Shown here one piece after another: positions 7,014 through 12,144 of a stretch of 12,144 nt of DNA (positions within the stretch are counted from its first letter, which is position 1; every line of letters begins with the position of its first letter). The notes below the pieces were generated by a model, which saw only the letters and a program-made list of their open reading frames with translations, was not told where the DNA came from and did no database searches. The stretch is from Bacteroidia bacterium (GTDB lineage Bacteria > Bacteroidota > Bacteroidia > Bacteroidales > VadinHA17). Both the position numbers and the translations under genes were made by a program. The stretch lies in NCBI GenBank assembly GCA_026391215.1, contig JAPLDX010000104.1:1-12144 (forward strand). The letters run 5' to 3'.

Positions 7014-9443
7014 ATGTTAAATAATTTTTTTGTTAATGCCATCCGGAATATGAAGAAGCAGATTGGATCTGTCATTCTTAATATTACGGGACTAGCGATC
7101 GGGCTGACAAGCTTCATGTTTGTCACTTTGTATGTGATAAATGAGCTCAGCTATGACAGGTTCCATAAGAATTATGAGAATATCTACAGACCTAAGGTAG
7201 TTGGAAGAATGGCGGGCGGAGAAATTGATCAGGCAATTACTGCTGCACCGATGGCGCAGGCTATTCTGAATGATTATCCTGAAGTTATTCATGCTACAAG
7301 AGTAAGCGGAATGGGAGCGTGGCTGATTCGTTTTGGAGATAAGAAGTTCAATGAGGATGGAATTTTGTTTGCTGATTCAACTTTTTTTGATGTTTTTGAC
7401 TTCAAACTCCTGGAGGGAGATCCGGGGAGTGCCCTGGTACAACCCCGTTCAATGGTGCTTACAGAAGAATTCTCAAAAAAATACTTCGGTGATCAGGATC
7501 CGATGGGTCAGAGGATAAGCGTAGAGGAAGATTCAGTGCTTTATACTGTTACAGGTGTTGTTCAGGATGTTCCCGATAATTCGCATATTAAATTTGATAT
7601 GCTGGCTTCAATGAGCACCTATCCCGGCAGAGCTAATAGTCAGTTCTGGCTCAATCATAATTTCTATACATATATTGTTGTAAATGAGGGTACAGATAAG
7701 AACAGGCTGGAAGAAAAATTCCGGGAAATGATCATTAAATATGTGGGACCTCAGCTTCAGGAGTTTCTTGGTATAACTGTAGATGATTTCAGGAACGCCG
7801 GAAATGAATTCAGATATGTCCTTGAACCTCTTAAGGATATTCATCTCAAGGGAGCTCCTCAGTATAATCTTGAACCTCCCGGTTCACTTGCAACTGTTTA
7901 TATTTTTGCTGTCATTGCCCTTATGATCCTTGTAATTGCGATTATAAATTATGTCAACCTTGCTACCGCAAAATCGGCCGGCAGGGCAAAAGAGGTTGGG
8001 GTCAAGAAAGTTGCCGGAGCCAACAGATCAGGACTTATTCTGCAATTTCTTGGTGAATCGCTGATAATTGTCACAATTGCAGCTTTACTGGCGATATTAC
8101 TGGTTTATGCTCTGAGCCCTGTTTTCAACCAGTTTACCGGTAAAGAACTATCATTGGATATTCTGAAGGGTCCGGCAGGAATATTTTCACTTGTGTTACT
8201 GATATTAATTGTCGGAATATCTGCCGGATCATATCCGGCTTTTGTATTGGCCTCATTTAATCCGGTTGAGGTCTTAAAGGGTACACTTAATCCGGGATCT
8301 ATGTCCAAGACACTCCGCGGGATACTGGTCGTTTTCCAGTTTACGGTTTCCATTATAATAATAATAGGTTCAATCATTGTTTACAACCAGCTGAATTTCA
8401 TGACAAGTAAAGATATTGGCTTTGATAAGGAGAATCTTATTGTTATTCGCAGGCCTGATGCTTTCTTCAGGCAAATGGAAGCATTCAGGACTCAGCTTCT
8501 GCAGATCCCGGGTGTCGAAAAGGTGGGCTTCTCCTGGGCTTTGCCGGGAACAACCTTCAGTAATAATGGTTTCCTTAAAGATGATGATCCGGAAAAAAAT
8601 ACGTATCTCTTAAACCAGGCAGGTGTAAGCCTGGATTTTCCCCAGGCTTTGGGTGTACAGCTTGTTGAAGGCCGATTTTTTTCCCGGGAATATGGCAATG
8701 ATTCATTAACGATCCTTATTAACGAATCTGCAGTAAAAGCTTTAGGACTGAAAGATCCGGTATCAGGTCAGTACATTGTTCAGCCTAGAGGTCCGCAAGA
8801 ATTTGAGAAGCTTCAGATCATCGGTGTGATGAAAGATTTTAATATTGAGTCCATGCATAAAGCAATAACTCCTGTTTGCTTTACTGTAATGAATCCTGGT
8901 GGCGGAGATAAATTTGCAACAGTACGACTATCAGGGAAAGATGTGCAAGGGACAATAAAAGCAATTGAACAAACCTGGATGAAATTTACTACCAAACAGC
9001 CCTTTCAGTATGAGTTTTTCACAGACTCATGGAATAATCTTTATAGTGCAGAAATGAAGACAGGAAAGATATTCGTCCTTTTTTCCATACTGGCTGTCTT
9101 TATTGCATGCCTTGGATTGATTGGACTCATTACTTATATCACCAACAAAAGGACAAGAGAGATTGGAATAAGAAAAACATACGGTGCCTCTCTCCAGGTG
9201 GTTCTGAATCTTTTATCAAGGGAAGTCATTTACCTGATCCTGATTTCATCTGTTATTGCATATCCAGTTGCATGGCTGGGATCAAGATACTGGCTCGAAG
9301 GATTTGCAAGCAAAGTGAATATTAATCCCATAATATATATACTTGCAACTCTGATAGCTCTTGTTATAGGTTGGTTATCGATTAGTTATCAAACATTAAA
9401 AGCGGCCGGGGCTAATCCTGCAGAATCTCTAAGAATTGTCTGA
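7014..9443 (+). CDS. ABC transporter permease, duplicated MacB-periplasmic/FtsX type (Bacteroidota ~800-aa family)
   Basis: 809 aa. NITGLAIGL...ELSYDRFHKNYENIYR start. Two periplasmic domains, each followed by a TM bundle with FtsX signatures: INYVNLATAKSAGRAKEVGVKKVAGA and ACLGLIGL...KRTREIGIRKTYGAS. Also LVVFQFTVS and a C-terminal KAAGANPAESLR. Confidence 0.93.
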   Translation: MLNNFFVNAIRNMKKQIGSVILNITGLAIGLTSFMFVTLYVINELSYDRFHKNYENIYRPKVVGRMAGGEIDQAITAAPMAQAILNDYPEVIHATRVSGMGAWLIRFGDKKFNEDGILFADSTFFDVFDFKLLEGDPGSALVQPRSMVLTEEFSKKYFGDQDPMGQRISVEEDSVLYTVTGVVQDVPDNSHIKFDMLASMSTYPGRANSQFWLNHNFYTYIVVNEGTDKNRLEEKFREMIIKYVGPQLQEFLGITVDDFRNAGNEFRYVLEPLKDIHLKGAPQYNLEPPGSLATVYIFAVIALMILVIAIINYVNLATAKSAGRAKEVGVKKVAGANRSGLILQFLGESLIIVTIAALLAILLVYALSPVFNQFTGKELSLDILKGPAGIFSLVLLILIVGISAGSYPAFVLASFNPVEVLKGTLNPGSMSKTLRGILVVFQFTVSIIIIIGSIIVYNQLNFMTSKDIGFDKENLIVIRRPDAFFRQMEAFRTQLLQIPGVEKVGFSWALPGTTFSNNGFLKDDDPEKNTYLLNQAGVSLDFPQALGVQLVEGRFFSREYGNDSLTILINESAVKALGLKDPVSGQYIVQPRGPQEFEKLQIIGVMKDFNIESMHKAITPVCFTVMNPGGGDKFATVRLSGKDVQGTIKAIEQTWMKFTTKQPFQYEFFTDSWNNLYSAEMKTGKIFVLFSILAVFIACLGLIGLITYITNKRTREIGIRKTYGASLQVVLNLLSREVIYLILISSVIAYPVAWLGSRYWLEGFASKVNINPIIYILATLIALVIGWLSISYQTLKAAGANPAESLRIV

Positions 9444-9457
9444 TAGACTATAAAGTC

Positions 9458-10879
9458 TTACAGGGATCTCAGATATCTGTCAATCTCTCTTGCTGCTTTA
9501 CGTCCCGAGGCAATAGCATTAACGACAAGACTTGCCCCATTCACTGAATCACCGGCAGCAAATACTTTAGGTATACTTGTCGAAAGAGTGTCATTTACCT
9601 TGATGTTCTTTCTGGTACTTAGTTCAAGCCCTAATTCAGAAAGCAATCCTTCAAGAACAGGATGTTCAAACCCCAGAGCGAGTAAAACAAGATCAGTCTC
9701 AATGACCCTGCGGGAACCAGGGACAGGCTTCATTATCTGTTTGCCATCAGCAAATTCCCATGAGACCTCTTCTACCTCAGCACCCCTGGTTATCCTGCCG
9801 TCACCGACAAACCTTATTGTTGATATGTTCCAGAGTCTTTCACATCCTTCTTCATGGGATGTTGTGGTCTTCAGGATCTTAGGCCAGTAAGGCCACGGAT
9901 TATTTTCCCCTCTTATTTCCGGAGGTTTCGGAAGGATCTCAATTTGCGTTACGCTTAAAGCCTTTTGCCTTATTGCAGTGCCAACACAATCTGAACCGGT
10001 GTCTCCGCCTCCTATAACCAGAACCTTCTTGCCCTCAGCATTTACGGGATTATTGGCAAGAGATATCTGTCCGGCATTTATCCTGTTTTGTGTCGCAAGA
10101 AAATCCATAGCAGGATATATCCCCTCAAATTCGCTTCCTTCGACATTCAGTCTGCAGGGATGCCCGGCTCCAATTGCAATGCATACAGCATCGAATTTAT
10201 CTGTAAGCTCCCTGGCCGGTATATCTTTTCCCACTGCAACCCCTGTTCTGATTATCAGACCTTCTTTCAGCATCAGGTCCAGCCGCCTGTCTATTGTCGC
10301 TTTGCTTAGCTTAAAATCGGGAATTCCATAGCGCAGCAGTCCTCCGGCTTTTTCATCTTTTTCGTAAAGAGTGACCAGGTGACCTGCTTTGTTCAGCAGG
10401 TCAGCAGCAGCCATTCCTGCCGGGCCGCTGCCTATGATAGCAACACTCTTCCCGGTACGTTTTTTTGGAGGAACAGGCTTAATATAACCTTCATTAAAAG
10501 CTTTCTCGGTAATAGCCACCTCATTTTCACGTATTGTTACGGGTTCCTGGTTAATATTAAGTACACAGGCAAATTCACAGCTTGCCGGGCATATCCTGCC
10601 GGTAAACTCGGGAAAATTATTTGTAGCGCTCAATCTTTCATAAGCCCCCCTCCAGTCTCCTGAAAATAAAAGATCGTTCCATTCAGGTATCAGGTTATCA
10701 ACGGGGCAGCTCCAGTGGCAGAAGGGAATACCGCAGTCCATGCATCTTGATGCCTGAAGCATCCTGTCTTCACTGTTAAGAACCTGTTCCACCTCACTAA
10801 AGTCACATATTCTTTCGTGAATCGGCCTGTTCCCGGCTTCCTTTCTTTTTATCTTTAAAAATCCAGTTATATCAGCCAT
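9458..10879 (-). CDS. gltD: Glutamate synthase small (beta) subunit
   Basis: 473 aa. Fe-S motifs RCMDCGIPFCHWSCP and NNFPEFTGRICPASCEFAC. FAD-binding IIGSGPAG. GGLLRYGIPDFKL. Pyridine-nucleotide site VIGGGDTGSDC. C-terminal VFAAGD...SLVV. Located 27 nt downstream of gltB. Confidence 0.96.
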   Translation of the reverse strand: MADITGFLKIKRKEAGNRPIHERICDFSEVEQVLNSEDRMLQASRCMDCGIPFCHWSCPVDNLIPEWNDLLFSGDWRGAYERLSATNNFPEFTGRICPASCEFACVLNINQEPVTIRENEVAITEKAFNEGYIKPVPPKKRTGKSVAIIGSGPAGMAAADLLNKAGHLVTLYEKDEKAGGLLRYGIPDFKLSKATIDRRLDLMLKEGLIIRTGVAVGKDIPARELTDKFDAVCIAIGAGHPCRLNVEGSEFEGIYPAMDFLATQNRINAGQISLANNPVNAEGKKVLVIGGGDTGSDCVGTAIRQKALSVTQIEILPKPPEIRGENNPWPYWPKILKTTTSHEEGCERLWNISTIRFVGDGRITRGAEVEEVSWEFADGKQIMKPVPGSRRVIETDLVLLALGFEHPVLEGLLSELGLELSTRKNIKVNDTLSTSIPKVFAAGDSVNGASLVVNAIASGRKAAREIDRYLRSL

Positions 10880-10906
10880 GTTTCCCTGATTATTAATTCA
10901 TTGCAT

Positions 10907-12144
10907 TTAATTCCCGGTACCAAATTCCACATCCATTTCAACATTTGCTATTTTCTTTCTGATCTCTTCAAGTTTTTGCTCCTGGAGCACCTTTTTGTAG
11001 TCGTACGGAATGACTTTGATGAACAGCGGAATAAACTTATCGGGATCATCAAGTATCATCTTTGCCTTTTTACTTGATGTGAAACTGTAATGTCGTGAAA
11101 CTAGATCGGTCAGCTCATAAATATCGTTAAGGTCCTCCACAAGAGACAGTTCAACCATACCCATATTGCAGTAATAATCAAAATTCCCATATTCATTAAA
11201 GACATAGGCAATACCTCCGCTCATGCCGGCAGCAAAGTTGCTTCCTGTTTTCCCAAGTACTACAACTCTTCCTCCTGTCATATACTCACAGCAATGATTT
11301 CCGACACCTTCCACAACAGCAATGGCACCGCTGTTCCTGACACCAAATCTTTCACCGGCAACACCTGAAATAAATATTTCGCCACGTGTAGCTCCATATA
11401 GAACTGTATTGCCAATAATTATGTTCTTATCAGATTCGAATGTTGAACCTGCAGGAGGAACAACAATGATCCTTCCTCCTGACAGACCCTTTGCCAGATA
11501 ATCATTTGAATCTCCTTCAAGGAACAACTCTATCCCTGGCGATAGAAAAGCCCCGAAGCTCTGTCCGGCAGAACCATAGAACCTGCATTTGATGGTTCCG
11601 TCAGGTAATCCTTCTGATCCATAAAGAGATACAATTTTGCCGGAAAGCCTTGCCCCGGTAGTTCTGTCAGTATTTCGGATGCTCTTTTTGATCTCAACAG
11701 GCTGTTTATTTATTATTGCTTCCCGGGCTTCAGCTATCAGATCGTTATCCAGTATGTTGGTTGTTTTATCATTTTGTTTTTCAACACAATACATCGAATT
11801 TGCCTTTGACTCTGCAGGAAGCGTGAGCAATCCATTCAGGTCCAAATTTTTAATTTTCCAATTATCCACTTCAGGATTACGTTCCAGCAGATCGACCCGC
11901 CCGACTATTTCATTCAGGCTCCTGAATCCCAGTTCTGCCAGGTACCCACGCACATCTTCGGCAAGAAATCTGAAATAGTTGACAAGGTATTCAGGTTTCC
12001 CCCGGAACTTTTTCCTGAGCTCAGGATTCTGTGTGGCAATACCGGCAGGACAGGTATTAAGGTGGCATTTGCGCATCATGACACATCCAAGTACCACCAG
12101 GGCGCTTGTTGAGAATCCGAATTCCTCGGCTCCCATAAGTGCTG
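10907..12144 (-). CDS. gltB: Glutamate synthase large (alpha) subunit, 3' part only (gene continues beyond the window)
   Basis: Frame is open to the window edge (..ALMGAEEFGF). [3Fe-4S] motif GCVMMRKCHLNTCPAGIATQ. C-terminal GXGXG beta-helix: GSAGQSFGAF, GDSNDYLAKGLSGG, AGERFGVRNSGA, CEYMTGG, NFAAGMSGG. Confidence 0.97.
   Translation of the reverse strand, partial: ALMGAEEFGFSTSALVVLGCVMMRKCHLNTCPAGIATQNPELRKKFRGKPEYLVNYFRFLAEDVRGYLAELGFRSLNEIVGRVDLLERNPEVDNWKIKNLDLNGLLTLPAESKANSMYCVEKQNDKTTNILDNDLIAEAREAIINKQPVEIKKSIRNTDRTTGARLSGKIVSLYGSEGLPDGTIKCRFYGSAGQSFGAFLSPGIELFLEGDSNDYLAKGLSGGRIIVVPPAGSTFESDKNIIIGNTVLYGATRGEIFISGVAGERFGVRNSGAIAVVEGVGNHCCEYMTGGRVVVLGKTGSNFAAGMSGGIAYVFNEYGNFDYYCNMGMVELSLVEDLNDIYELTDLVSRHYSFTSSKKAKMILDDPDKFIPLFIKVIPYDYKKVLQEQKLEEIRKKIANVEMDVEFGTGN

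Noticed and set aside
6938-7126. 62-aa minus-strand ORF spanning the permease promoter and start
   Set aside because: Mostly antisense to the permease N-terminus with no supporting motif; better explained as chance.
9445-9458. AGACT-ATAA-AGTCT mini-hairpin between the convergent permease and gltD
   Set aside because: Only a 5-bp AT-rich stem with no U-tract; too weak to call a bidirectional terminator.
332-11978. The many 60-117 aa ORFs in the track that lie antisense or out of frame within the long genes (e.g. 2999..3322, 4324..4614, 9978..10331, 11637..11978)
   Set aside because: All overlap well-supported genes almost entirely and show no recognisable motifs; they are shadow ORFs.
12134-12136. 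ATG at 12136 as the start of a 409-aa stand-alone protein
   Set aside because: It is an internal Met of GltB; the frame stays open to the window edge and the amidotransferase and most of the FMN domains must lie outside the window.

Overview
Bacteroidota-like chromosomal window (probably Bacteroidales, inferred from the gene families and the lack of Shine-Dalgarno motifs) with seven protein-coding regions. In order: (1) an AT-rich 1081-aa sensor histidine kinase with the beta-propeller/Y_Y_Y periplasmic sensor of hybrid two-component systems but no receiver or AraC output; (2-4) a divergent module of an ECF sigma factor, an overlapping membrane protein (anti-sigma-like N-terminus, TM helix, TonB C-terminal domain) and an exported YfbK-like VWA protein with a SusC-type N-terminal extension; (5) after an intrinsic terminator, an orphan ~800-aa duplicated MacB/FtsX ABC permease preceded by a textbook ECF-type promoter (TGTAAC-N16-CGTC); (6-7) convergent gltD and the 3' part of gltB. 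The most interesting element is the ECF / anti-sigma-TonB_C / VWA module. Both non-sigma proteins carry a SusC-style TonB-box-like motif (LEEVVVVGYG and LQEVMIVTGYG), which suggests a TonB_C-TonB-box interaction repurposed for envelope signalling. That mechanism is inference only. No RNA genes, CRISPR arrays or mobile elements were seen.
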